IMG/VR virus record: IMGVR_UViG_3300037507_003763
Span: 1 to 56,121 of that record
Length of the DNA stretch: 56,121 nucleotides
Source of the DNA: a virus
Lineage: Duplodnaviria > Caudoviricetes
Strand: one strand, 5' to 3'
The position numbers and the translations under genes are program-made. Each line of letters begins with the position of its first letter. Position 1 is the stretch's first letter. The notes under the pieces were generated by a model, which was not told the DNA's origin, did no database searches, and was given only the letters and a program-made list of their open reading frames with translations. Shown here one piece after another: positions 30,072 to 40,034 of this stretch.

Positions 30072-31892
30072 TCATGAGTAGAGGTATTCCTTTTTCTCTT
30101 GAGCTTCGCGCCCATCCATGAGAACTTCAACAGCCAGGTACTGCTCAAGCACGATTTGCTTTGCTTGATTGAAATCAATGCAAGGGATCGTGAAGTGATG
30201 ATGGTCTGATGAATCACCAGTTGGAGATTGGATACCGAACTCAATCCATGCGGCAAGCTCTACTTCATTTTCAAGCCGGCGATATGCATTGTAGGAAGTG
30301 ATCCAGCCTTTGGGCATGGAGCGTCCATCTGTTCGGTATGCCATGAAGCCGTAGCACTCTGACTGGTCAGTCTTGTGCTGGTGCAGTTCAAGTTTGAACA
30401 ACATTACTTATTCTCCTTCTTCTTGGATTGACTGCGTGGGTTGTGAACTCCAGGATTGTCTTTACGACGCTGTGAACGCCGTGCATTCTTTTCCTTGAGT
30501 CGGGTGGATTCATTCCACCACTTTGTGTTTTCAGGCGATGCCATTGCTTTTCTCCTTGTCGTTGGTTAGAAACCAGCCGGCAATAAGAGTGATCCCCATT
30601 ATAATGAGGCTCCATATTGCTTGGGCTGTCATGATTGCTCTTACTGTTTTACCGAATGACATTACTTTCCCCTTTTGAAGTTGTCAATTATTGATAGGAA
30701 CTTTTCATCCATCTCCACATCGTATGGATACATGTTTTCTCGTACCATAGGTTTAGAAGAGATGATTTGAATTTGAACTTCTTGATTTCTGATTAACTTT
30801 GCCGTGAGCTTGGAACCAATTAAAGTACCAAGCCAGAAGGCAAATGGAATTGCGGTGATGAGCCAAAACACTACTTGTTCTCCTTTAGCTTGTCTTCTAG
30901 GACTGTGATTCGTGCGATGATGTTCTTCAATTGAAGAGCAATCTCATCGTTCATTGTGGTTTGTGCGTGATTGATGTCGGACTGATCGTGCAAGATTTCA
31001 GTGATCTTTCCGATTGTGGTGCTGATGAGCTTGAAGTTTTTGGCTGCAAGCTGTGTGGGTGTTTCTTCCATGATTGCTATCTCCCTTTGGGTTTGTGGTT
31101 TTCTAATTGAAATAAAAAAATTATAATAACATTACTACCCCTTCTTTTCAAGGCTAGGGTAGAGTCGCGCAAGCAACCACTCTCACAACGACCCTACCCT
31201 AGCATATCCAATTGGGGATAGCAGAACTGGTGCCCTGTTATCAACTTTGCTACGGCTGGGCAAACCGATAGTGTTTTTAGGTGTTGACTACCCACCTAGC
31301 TATAGCTAGGATCTGTAGCGTCACAAGATCACGTATTGATCCCAACCTAATGATTGGGTACTTCTCTTGCGCGCAACATCTTATGACTTGCTCTTGTCAA
31401 TGATGGTGTCAATGGCAATGAGCTCAGCCAAGTGTTCGCGTGCCTTAGTGTCGAACTCACCTTCGGTCATTTGGAACAGCCATTCTGCAGCTCTTGGGAC
31501 TCTGTTGAATCCCTTGAAGATTTGCACATAGGTGCTGTCGTTGTCTGTAAGGTTGTACTGCACTGTGACACGCAAGGCCATCCTCTTGTGAAGTTGACCG
31601 TTTTGTTCGATATCACCTGCTTCTACAGTGAAGTGTCCACCGGTGAAATCAATGATGCAAACGTACTTGAAGGTATCCAGTAGGATACGGTTGGTGAATG
31701 ACATTACGAGACTCCAGTCTATTAGCAATCTGTCCGGTGATTGTCTTCGTAGTACGATCCAACAGCCATTGCTGACTCTAGTGTTGGGCCGGACGTTAAC
31801 ATCACCAATTCTAGTTTTGCTCTTGACTGCTCGTGCAGCTCAAAAGCTTTATCTAGAAGATTGCGGAGGTGAATTACATTTCTTTCTGGCAT
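30072..31892 (-). other. early small-gene cluster (30072-30404, 30662-30871, 30871-31071, 31381-~31704, 31722-31892)
   Basis: Short ORFs, most with GGAG RBSs. Confidence 0.6.
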
Positions 31893-31926
31893 GATTACTC
31901 CCTTGTTGGTTGATAATTATTACTAG

Positions 31927-31944
31927 AACCCTTCTTTTCCAAGT
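31927..31944 (-). promoter_or_regulatory. 18-bp intergenic motif, exact copy at 32613-32630 (candidate phage promoter or operator)
   Basis: AACCCTTCTTTTCCAAGT occurs twice; the core CCCTTCTTTT is also at 24071, 29774 and 31139. Confidence 0.5.
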
Positions 31945-32143
31945 TCTGTTCGTGTTTCTAGAAGAAAGGGGGAGAACCCCGCGTACCGAGTCCACAACCA
32001 CAAACTGGGCGTGGGGTGCGGGGCGTAGCCCTGCGCAGGATGCGAACCCCCAAGGGGGTGAGCAGCCTGCAGAAAAAGGGGGGAATCGGTGAGTCCCGCC
32101 CGTCCAATAAAGGAACGAACGAGACCCACCGAATCGGGGGACT

Positions 32144-32563
32144 TCAGAACGCTTCGTCAGCGCTCATGTCAGTCGAGGCGATGGCCTTGGCGTCCACACG
32201 AGAGGCGTAGACACGGGCTTCCTCGGTGACACTGAACTCCGCAGTCGGAACTGGGTCCGAAGCAGGAGCGTCAACTGTCACCTTCCCACCGAGGAACACC
32301 TGTCGCTTTGGAACCTTGAGTTCCGTCACAACACCGTCCTTGGTGTAGGTCGTCTCGACTTTCGATGCCCGCGACACGACTTCAGCCGAAATGACTGAGC
32401 CAGCACGAACATGCGAGGCGATTTGGTTGGGCAGCCAGCACCACTCACGGACACCATTGGAATCCTTGAGCAGATTGACTGCAGTGGCCTTGGGACCAGC
32501 ACCACCGATGCCAGCCACTACGAGTTTGACGGTCGTAGTCACCGCGTTGAGCATTTCGCTCAT
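32144..32563 (-). CDS. hypothetical protein, possibly an OB-fold ssDNA-binding protein
   Basis: Beta-rich core with an acidic tail ending DEAF. Confidence 0.55.
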   Translation of the reverse strand: MSEMLNAVTTTVKLVVAGIGGAGPKATAVNLLKDSNGVREWCWLPNQIASHVRAGSVISAEVVSRASKVETTYTKDGVVTELKVPKRQVFLGGKVTVDAPASDPVPTAEFSVTEEARVYASRVDAKAIASTDMSADEAF

Positions 32564-32838
32564 ACCAATACCCCCTTAGGTAAGGTAGTAGTTGTGGGAT
32601 GGCGGGATTGCCAACCCTTCTTTTCCAAGTCAAATTGACATGGAAACCTGACCGTCAGCGACGAATCGCTTATAATATGGGGGACGGTGAGCGCCCCAAA
32701 CCTTTCTTTTCCCGCTGAAACAAGTTTATTTTGTATAAACCGTTTAGAAGCCAGCACATCAGCAAGGGAATCAGAGTTCTAGAACTCCAAAGACTTTTGT
32801 TTAGAAGTCTAAATACACTTCTTTACTATAAAAGTGAA

Positions 32839-35448
32839 TCATCCAATTCGCTTGTATGCACGGACTACCCAGTCCATTGGGAGTTGATCGAGGTTTGCGT
32901 TTACAACAAACAGCCACTTGTCCCAGTTAGCTTGTGGCTTAACCCGCTTCATTGCGAATGCGTGAGCCCACAACCTGAGGATCTTGCGGTCTGTGTATTC
33001 TTCTCCTTTGTTGATATCTGACTCAATCAGCTTACCGACAAAGAACTCAGCCCAAGAAGCTATAGTGCCTGTGCTTGTAATGGCATTATACTGTGCCAAG
33101 AGCTTGTTGAACTCTTCTGCACTACTATCCATTTCTTCTTTAGTGAACTGGACAGTGGTCAGTTTGCTTGGCATGTACGGGGTATTGCACCACTTCAAGA
33201 GCTCTGAGTACTTAGCCCTGATCATTTCTTCCCTCACATGGAGGAATTCCACAAGCAGAGGTGACTCATCGTTCTTTAGTGTGAAGTGCTGGAACCCACC
33301 AGTTATATTGATCTTCTTAGGAATTCTTGTCGTAGACCAGTACGAGTCAATCCAAATTGGATCTGCATTTGGATCCTCATGAGATACGCTCAAGAACTGA
33401 GAAATGTTCTCATAGATATCCTTTGAGGCTTCCCTGATCTCGTACGCATCTTCCATGGTGATCATGCACTGTTGGACTGCGTCAATCAACTTCTCGTTTG
33501 ATACCAGTTGGTTGCCAAGGTACGTGCCCAAGATGGCATAGTAAATGATCTTCGGCAATACGGTTGCACCAGTGCCACCAGGCAAACTCATAGATGCAGT
33601 ACGGTTCCTCTTCTCGTCTTCTGGGCTATATACATCTGCAAGCCTTATTGCTGATGCACCTGGCATTTCTTCATACTTATACTGGATCATGTTGCTAGCC
33701 AGTAGGTTGCTTAGCTGAGGAACTTTATTATTAAGCTCTTCCCAACTTACTGAAGGAACTTCACCATATACATGGTAGCAGTTCTTGATTTCCTTTGGAG
33801 AAACAGGAATCACACTCCACTCACCGAAGTCATTAGGGTTCCTGAGCAAGAACGCACAGAGAGTCTTTTGACCATCTTCGGTGTAAAAGTCACGGATCAT
33901 GACATTGATGGTGTCATCCAGGTCAAATCCACCATGGTTCTCATAGTTGGCAATAAAGAATTCACTTGGCACCACAAAGCAGTGACTTTCTTCGTGGTAG
34001 AATCCTTCATAGCTCTTGTTCTTGAACTTGAAGCCAAACAGCTCAAGGGCTTTCTTGGTCATAATGTGTGCACGGAATCCGTAAGGCACTGGCATCCAGG
34101 CACCGTTGTCTTGCTTGAATGCAAACTTGTTGGCCACAGGTTGAGATAGTGGATCAACAACTCCGTACATCATTGCAAAGCTATTGGCCTTGAGGTACAT
34201 CAGTAGTTGACTTGATTCAATTGAAAGACCAATCTCTTCAAGTTTGTCTACCAATTGGTCAATCCTCTTCAGGGTAGACCTGGTGTTCTTGTCGTTGCTA
34301 TCAGCCTCAGAGTTTTGTATGACTTGCTTCAACCAGTCGTTTGGATCACCGTTGATCATCTTGTCAACTTGATCATCAGTGCTGGACTTCAATGTGCTTA
34401 GCAAGAGGTCCTTGTCGATTATGCCTGCCACCTTATGGTAGATTGCCAAAGTAAGGTCATCAGTCTTAAGCGGTAGACGTCCATAGCTTGGCTCAATTGT
34501 TGTCCAATACCAACCATTAGTCTTTAGTTCAGGCTTGATGTTTGGAGTGAACGTCTTGATGTCGTAACCATTGATCATTTCATCCTTGACAATGATCGCA
34601 TTGCCTTTGATCAATCCGCTCGGAGTCAACACCCTGAGGCTGACAACAGTAGTTTTCCCACTCTTGACATCCTTGATCTTGGCATCAATCCATTCCCTGG
34701 ATGCATGTTTGTTATTTTCAAACAGCTTAATCGCAAAGGAACGACTGATCGCACTGATACCATCGACTTCTTTATCATCAATCCCAAGATCTGTTGGGTT
34801 CACGATATCAATGTTCAGTGTTTCTGCATACATATACGCAGCCGTCTGCCTGACCAACTCTTGAAGTCTCTTGGCCATTTTCTTGCTGTTTCCAACAGTC
34901 AGACCAATCTTGTTGAGACTATCAAGCCAGCCAGTGTTGCCTAGCACTCTGAGCACAAAGTGGAAGTCAGAAGTACTCCACCTGATAGCTACATTGTCTT
35001 TCATTGGGTTCTCAGATGGATCATAAGCCTCAGCCCCCATCTTTGTCTTCTTGAACAAAGGATGGATTTCAACTCGATACTTGGTATCACCAAAGAAGTG
35101 ATCCAGGAATGGGAATGAGTATGCGCCAGACGGATACTCTTTGTAGTCAGAGCTGCTCCTATCCCTTTCCGGTGCTTGTGTATTCGTGATTACACGGATG
35201 CTACTCCGCGGACCACTTGTCTTGTAGTGTATCTGTTTGCTTATAGTTTCCACCGCATCACCTCCTGTGGTTGTTTGTGGAATTGGTTTTGGGTTCTCAT
35301 TCATGGATGGCTCCTCCTGTGGAATTGATGTTCTAATCTTGCCTGACTTGCCTTCAGCCCTAAGCTGATTTGCAATTTCTATACTGCTCTCTGCCTGAAC
35401 TTCGAACCACATATCGGTTCCGTTCAGCTTGACGTAGTATGTTTTCAT
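32839..35448 (-). CDS. single-chain two-barrel RNA polymerase-like protein, paralogue B
   Basis: VDGISAISRSFA, LRVLTPSGLIKG, HGGFDLDD, LLRNPNDFGEW and NEKLID; AAAGGAG RBS; motifs colinear with the 851-aa paralogue. Confidence 0.65.
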   Translation of the reverse strand: MKTYYVKLNGTDMWFEVQAESSIEIANQLRAEGKSGKIRTSIPQEEPSMNENPKPIPQTTTGGDAVETISKQIHYKTSGPRSSIRVITNTQAPERDRSSSDYKEYPSGAYSFPFLDHFFGDTKYRVEIHPLFKKTKMGAEAYDPSENPMKDNVAIRWSTSDFHFVLRVLGNTGWLDSLNKIGLTVGNSKKMAKRLQELVRQTAAYMYAETLNIDIVNPTDLGIDDKEVDGISAISRSFAIKLFENNKHASREWIDAKIKDVKSGKTTVVSLRVLTPSGLIKGNAIIVKDEMINGYDIKTFTPNIKPELKTNGWYWTTIEPSYGRLPLKTDDLTLAIYHKVAGIIDKDLLLSTLKSSTDDQVDKMINGDPNDWLKQVIQNSEADSNDKNTRSTLKRIDQLVDKLEEIGLSIESSQLLMYLKANSFAMMYGVVDPLSQPVANKFAFKQDNGAWMPVPYGFRAHIMTKKALELFGFKFKNKSYEGFYHEESHCFVVPSEFFIANYENHGGFDLDDTINVMIRDFYTEDGQKTLCAFLLRNPNDFGEWSVIPVSPKEIKNCYHVYGEVPSVSWEELNNKVPQLSNLLASNMIQYKYEEMPGASAIRLADVYSPEDEKRNRTASMSLPGGTGATVLPKIIYYAILGTYLGNQLVSNEKLIDAVQQCMITMEDAYEIREASKDIYENISQFLSVSHEDPNADPIWIDSYWSTTRIPKKINITGGFQHFTLKNDESPLLVEFLHVREEMIRAKYSELLKWCNTPYMPSKLTTVQFTKEEMDSSAEEFNKLLAQYNAITSTGTIASWAEFFVGKLIESDINKGEEYTDRKILRLWAHAFAMKRVKPQANWDKWLFVVNANLDQLPMDWVVRAYKRIG

Positions 35449-35497
35449 TTTATTTTCTCCTTTAACTAGCCCATTGTGGGATCTATTTTCTAGTCAT

Positions 35498-35539
35498 AAA
35501 AAAAAGACCCCCCAAGGAGTAAATACTCCCCAGGGGGTC
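35498..35539 (-). terminator. intrinsic terminator upstream of polymerase paralogue B
   Basis: Minus strand GACCCCCTGGGGAGTA-TT-TACTCCTTGGGGGGTC followed by T8. Confidence 0.8.
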
Positions 35540-35582
35540 CTTTATAACAATCAACTTAGGGTAGGCCTTTACCCCAAGTCAA

Positions 35583-35912
35583 CTATTTGACGATGACCGT
35601 GTAGGTCTTGGTTGTCACCATCTGGTAGGACTGGGTGTCCTCAATCCAGGTGTTGACGCTCTTTACCTTGACGGTCCCAGTCAGCTGAGAGTTAGGGGTG
35701 CTCTTGACGAACTCCTCTGCCTCTTGCTTGCTGGTGAAGGTCTCGACCTTGTAGCTCTTTGCTACAGGAGCGAGTGCCTTCTTCTGAACCTTGGCATTTG
35801 GTGCCATGGTCCGGGACTCATCAACAAAGACATTCTTCTGCATGTGGCAGAGCTTGACCTCGTTGACGGTGGAGTGGCTCTTGTTGCAAGCCACGCACTT
35901 GATTGATGCCAT
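35583..35912 (-). CDS. small protein with a CxxC..H..C Zn finger
   Basis: MASIKCVACNKSHSTVNEVKLCH; GGAGGA RBS before the ATG at 35912. Confidence 0.65.
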   Translation of the reverse strand: MASIKCVACNKSHSTVNEVKLCHMQKNVFVDESRTMAPNAKVQKKALAPVAKSYKVETFTSKQEAEEFVKSTPNSQLTGTVKVKSVNTWIEDTQSYQMVTTKTYTVIVK

Positions 35913-36068
35913 GATGTCCTCCTCGGAAACCATGTTAGTGATGATACTTTTGCGGGATCATCATTGCCGCTTGCAGTCAAAGGCCTGACTGACTGATCAT
36001 GTGTTTTACAACCTCGTGACCAACGGTTGGTTCATGGACATTTAACGTCGATCCAATCAGACGGATTA

Positions 36069-36335
36069 TTAGTCTTGCGGTAGGATAATCAACTGGCTTG
36101 GCTGAATGTTGCTTCCATTCAACTTCACAAGTTGATCACGAACAGCTTCCATGTTGACTTCGTTGCCACCACAGTGCTTGTACCCAATGTCCCAAAGAGT
36201 GTCACCCGACTGGGCAACAACACTAGGAACATCACAGGTAACCTTTGACACTTGGTTCATCCGCATGCCAAAAAGTACCATGCCGACTATGATCATTGCG
36301 ATCAAAGCCACGGTCAGCTTGATGTTCTTCTTCAT
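36069..36335 (-). CDS. membrane-anchored LysM protein (YneA/ChiZ-like architecture)
   Basis: AAAGGAGG RBS; TM helix followed by VVAQSGDTLWDIG...LNGSNIQPSQLIILP. Confidence 0.8.
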   Translation of the reverse strand: MKKNIKLTVALIAMIIVGMVLFGMRMNQVSKVTCDVPSVVAQSGDTLWDIGYKHCGGNEVNMEAVRDQLVKLNGSNIQPSQLIILPQD

Positions 36336-36400
36336 TTCACCTCCTTTAATGTTGTAGGGAATGTGGTTGATTACAATCGGATTAGGATTGCGTTTCATTA

Positions 36401-36691
36401 TTACTTTCCTCCTGTGCATCCGCACGGTAGTGGCTTGATTACCTGGTATTCAAACAAGGGCTTAGGCTTGGCGTCATTCTTCTTCTTCAACGCCTGCTTT
36501 CTTTCCCTGGTTGCTTTCCTTACTGCCTGCTCAGCTGCATCGCATACTGCGCACAGGAAGTAGTATGACTTGTTCGGTCCACGCAAACCATGGAAGAATC
36601 CTTGGCCTGCAGGTATCGAACGTCCACCAGGAACAGAGCAATCTCTTGCACTGCACCGGGCAGAATAGCTGTTTGTTTTCCTTGCTTTCAT
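36401..36691 (-). CDS. basic Cys-containing hypothetical protein
   Basis: GGAGG RBS; C..C motifs. Confidence 0.55.
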   Translation of the reverse strand: MKARKTNSYSARCSARDCSVPGGRSIPAGQGFFHGLRGPNKSYYFLCAVCDAAEQAVRKATRERKQALKKKNDAKPKPLFEYQVIKPLPCGCTGGK

Positions 36692-36772
36692 TACGGTCAG
36701 ACCTCCAGTCTGGTTAGTTGTTATAGGTGGGGTAGTTTAATGACATACCCCAGGTCAATTACCACTAATTAC

Positions 36773-37165
36773 TTAGCAATTGGTACCACACATGGCAAGG
36801 ACTTTGTGGTCGGCATCCTTAACCATGTTGTCCCATACATTTACTGCATGGAGTGTCCAACGGTATCCCCACATTTGCTCACGATAATCCCATGAGCGCT
36901 CACCCATAAGACGTACAATCTTGCCCTTATACATCTTTGTGATGTACTCAGGTATATTGTGCCTATGTGTGAATGTGTGACTGTCAGATGCACCGCATCC
37001 TGCAAGCTCCAACCAGACAGCATTACCGTCATGGCAAATGAACTTACCAATCACTTCTGCATAAGGGGCATGAGCCTCGTATGCTTTGGCTATTTCTTCG
37101 CAGGTAGTCATAAAGACCCCTGTTTGGTTTGTGAACATCTCTCGACGTTCTCCTTTCCCAGTCAT
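36773..37165 (-). CDS. hypothetical protein (first gene of the leftward block)
   Basis: AAAGGAG RBS points to a start near 37138. Confidence 0.55.
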   Translation of the reverse strand: MTGKGERREMFTNQTGVFMTTCEEIAKAYEAHAPYAEVIGKFICHDGNAVWLELAGCGASDSHTFTHRHNIPEYITKMYKGKIVRLMGERSWDYREQMWGYRWTLHAVNVWDNMVKDADHKVLAMCGTNC

Positions 37166-37438
37166 TGACTGGCTTGTGGTTGGATGGGACCCCCATCCCT
37201 GGGTGGGCGTGTTAAAGGCAATTTAATGACAATAACATCCCATAGAACCCCCCTATAAATTTTCCTATATTTTTAATACTTTAGAGATTTAGACAAGTTT
37301 ATATAAGTGACTTAGGTCTCAAAAATTTTTTCCTAAAATTATGCCCTATAGGTTGTTTTTGATACTCACCTGTGCTAGCGTATCGCCCGCTGATCAAAAG
37401 GTCGGCTAAAACCAACAAACACAATAGGAGAAAACAAA

Positions 37439-37615
37439 ATGCCACGTAAGCCCAACTACTCAATCGATGAGTCAAATCTTGCTGAGCTACATACATCACA
37501 AGAGATTGCTGAGTTCCAAGAGACATACTCAATCGGAGGCTTTGACCTGGATGACAACAGACAAGACTGGGAATGGGATTCAGACAACTACGGATACGAC
37601 GATTACAGCTACTGA
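37439..37615 (+). CDS. small acidic protein not in the ORF track (58 aa)
   Basis: AGGAG RBS; MPRKPNYSIDESNLAELHTSQEIAEFQETYSIGGFDLDDNRQDWEWDSDNYGYDDYSY. Confidence 0.7.
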   Translation: MPRKPNYSIDESNLAELHTSQEIAEFQETYSIGGFDLDDNRQDWEWDSDNYGYDDYSY

Positions 37616-37672
37616 TACATTTTATTATTATATTTTAAAAACTCATTCAACTACAAAGGAACAACTACACAA

Positions 37673-38230
37673 ATGACAAATCCAACAATGCCAAATAACT
37701 TATTGGTATGTTCAGAAAAGCTTCTGAGAACAAAAACACCATGGAAGCTAGATACATCCATACTGGGACTACTCTCTAATGATCACTACATTGTGAGTTT
37801 CAATACACCTGATATGGATAATATTGAAGAATCCATAAATGATATCTCTAAGCCTTTGCGAGCATTCGTCAAAGACAAAGATATTGACAAGCGTGTTTTT
37901 ATCGGGTACGGTAAAGACTGTTCTTTGCTTCCTCTTCTTAACAAGAATCTAAACACAAAATTTGATGTTGCGGTTTTTGTCAATAACACAGAACCACAGG
38001 AAGTTTACAAGTCATTATCTAAAACATGTGTTGTTTACAATATCTTTACAAAGCCCCAGTTGTTTAACAACGCTATATCGTGGGCAAGAGTAAATCAATA
38101 CGTGGCAACAAAGCTTCCAGCGTACATGTCATCCAAAGTATCTTTGGAAGTCGCGGGATTGCTGATGTATGACTTCTACGCAGTAAACTTCTTCAATAAC
38201 ACTGAAAAGGTTCTAGTAGAGCTTAACTAG
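37673..38230 (+). CDS. hypothetical protein
   Basis: 185-aa ORF with an AAGGA RBS. Confidence 0.55.
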   Translation: MTNPTMPNNLLVCSEKLLRTKTPWKLDTSILGLLSNDHYIVSFNTPDMDNIEESINDISKPLRAFVKDKDIDKRVFIGYGKDCSLLPLLNKNLNTKFDVAVFVNNTEPQEVYKSLSKTCVVYNIFTKPQLFNNAISWARVNQYVATKLPAYMSSKVSLEVAGLLMYDFYAVNFFNNTEKVLVELN

Positions 38231-38872
38231 AGGGGTCTAAATCATCCCTAGTGAACTTTAGGATATTTGGTGCGCTGGCATCTAGTGATCGAACAACCTC
38301 TTCGGGAGATTGGTTGGTAAGGTCACAGATGTCAGTCACCATTGTCCATTGGTCGTGATCAAAGATAGACATAGTAAAATTATAGTCATCTTCTGTATGG
38401 ACAGTGACAATGAGATTGTCTAAGCCGTCCATCTCTTCAAACTCAAAATCTAGCTGTGGCTCAGACGCATTCTTTCTAGACTCCAGGAATTGGTTGATGA
38501 GTCTAAAAAAGATATCCATCTGTATATCCTTATCTAATTTTTAAAAAATAAATTGAAAAAATTTCTGGCGAAAAAATTTCGGTCGCCGCGTTTTCAGTAT
38601 AGTAACTTAACTTTAACAATAAGCTATTGTTTCTTCAAACGTCTTCTTAACTGAGACAGTTCAAAAGAAAGATCGTCTAAGGCAATTGAAATGTCTGAAA
38701 CTCTTTCTTCTAAAGCTTTAATATCCAATTCAAATCTTAAAGTTATTGGAAACTCTATAATATTATCTTCTACTTCTTGACTTTCTTTTATTTTAGCTTC
38801 AAAGAATTCTTTATCTTGTTTTTGTTCTTCGTAAGCTTCCCAAAAAGCCTCTGGATCAAATTCTTCATTCAT
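38223..38872 (-). other. two small acidic ORFs (38223-38519, 38624-38872)
   Basis: Downstream of recA on the same strand. Confidence 0.55.
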
Positions 38873-39041
38873 CCCAAATTTCCTCTATCCACTTCTCTCC
38901 GCACTCTCTGCACTCTATACCAATTCGAGTGCAGGGATCTGTTTTTTTGGTTAAATCATTACTTATTACGTTCATTGGCACTGGGCATTCTGAACACGGT
39001 TCTAATATATTATGGATATTATTAATATGCACTTAAAAACC

Positions 39042-40034
39042 CTATTGAGATATGTTTTTGATCTTGTCCTTTATGGCAAGGAACACTTCTTCGTTTTCTC
39101 TTAGTTGATTAATTGCATTTTCTCTTCCCTGAGAAAAGAGTTCACCATCATAATAAATCCATGCACCCTTTTGGGTGAGGATACCAGTTTCGATGGCAAC
39201 GTCTAAAACGCAACCATATTCGTCAATACCTTTTCCGTACATGATTGAAAACTCGGTAACTTTCATAGGCGGAGCCATTTTATTTTTAATGACCTTGACT
39301 TTTGATACAATGCCCATTGAATTACCAGACTTGTCTTTGATATCTTCTTTCTTTCTAATATCAATTCTTACCGAGGCTGCATACTTAAGAGCCATGCCAC
39401 CAGGAGTAGTCTCTGGATTTCCAAACATAATACCAATTTTGTTACGCAATTGGTTAATGAATACTAGCAGAGTTTTATGCGTATTGGCTTGACCAACTAG
39501 TTTGCGCATTGCTTTAGCCATCATGCGAGCTTGAAGACCCATTTGAGCCGACTCCATATCTCCTTCAAGTTCCGCTTTTGGAATGAGTGACGCAACTGAG
39601 TCAATAATTACTACGCCGAGTTCTCCTGAAGAAACTAGCTTGTCTACAATCTCCAAGGCTTCTTCACCATATGAAGGTTGAGCAAAAACTAGCTCGTCAA
39701 CATCAACACCAACAGCGTTCATATAAACTGGATCCAATGCGTGTTCAGCATCGACATATGCGCACGTGATGCCCTGCTTTTGTGCTTGGGCCACAATTGA
39801 TAATGCCAAGGTAGACTTACCAGATGACTCTGGTCCGTATATCTCAACAATTCTACCTCTGGGTAAACCACCGATTCCAAGAATTCTATCTAGGGACATA
39901 GCTCCTGTTGGAACGGAAGGCCATGGTTCAAAATTCTCAGAACCGAGTTTCATAACTGAACCAGCACCAAACTGTCTTTCGATCTGAGCAATTGCTAGTT
40001 CTAATTGCTTAGAGTCTTTTTTAGAATCTGTCAT
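39042..40034 (-). CDS. recA: RecA recombinase
   Basis: GGLPRGRIVEIYGPESSGKST, DAEHALDP, DSVASL, GLQARMM, NPETTPGG and KNKMAPP. Confidence 0.97.
   Translation of the reverse strand: MTDSKKDSKQLELAIAQIERQFGAGSVMKLGSENFEPWPSVPTGAMSLDRILGIGGLPRGRIVEIYGPESSGKSTLALSIVAQAQKQGITCAYVDAEHALDPVYMNAVGVDVDELVFAQPSYGEEALEIVDKLVSSGELGVVIIDSVASLIPKAELEGDMESAQMGLQARMMAKAMRKLVGQANTHKTLLVFINQLRNKIGIMFGNPETTPGGMALKYAASVRIDIRKKEDIKDKSGNSMGIVSKVKVIKNKMAPPMKVTEFSIMYGKGIDEYGCVLDVAIETGILTQKGAWIYYDGELFSQGRENAINQLRENEEVFLAIKDKIKNISQ

Noticed and set aside
1894-37168. Numerous plus-strand ORFs in the left arm (e.g. 28583-29155, 32984-33382, 33772-34149)
   Set aside because: They are antisense shadows of longer minus-strand genes, with no RBS or motifs.
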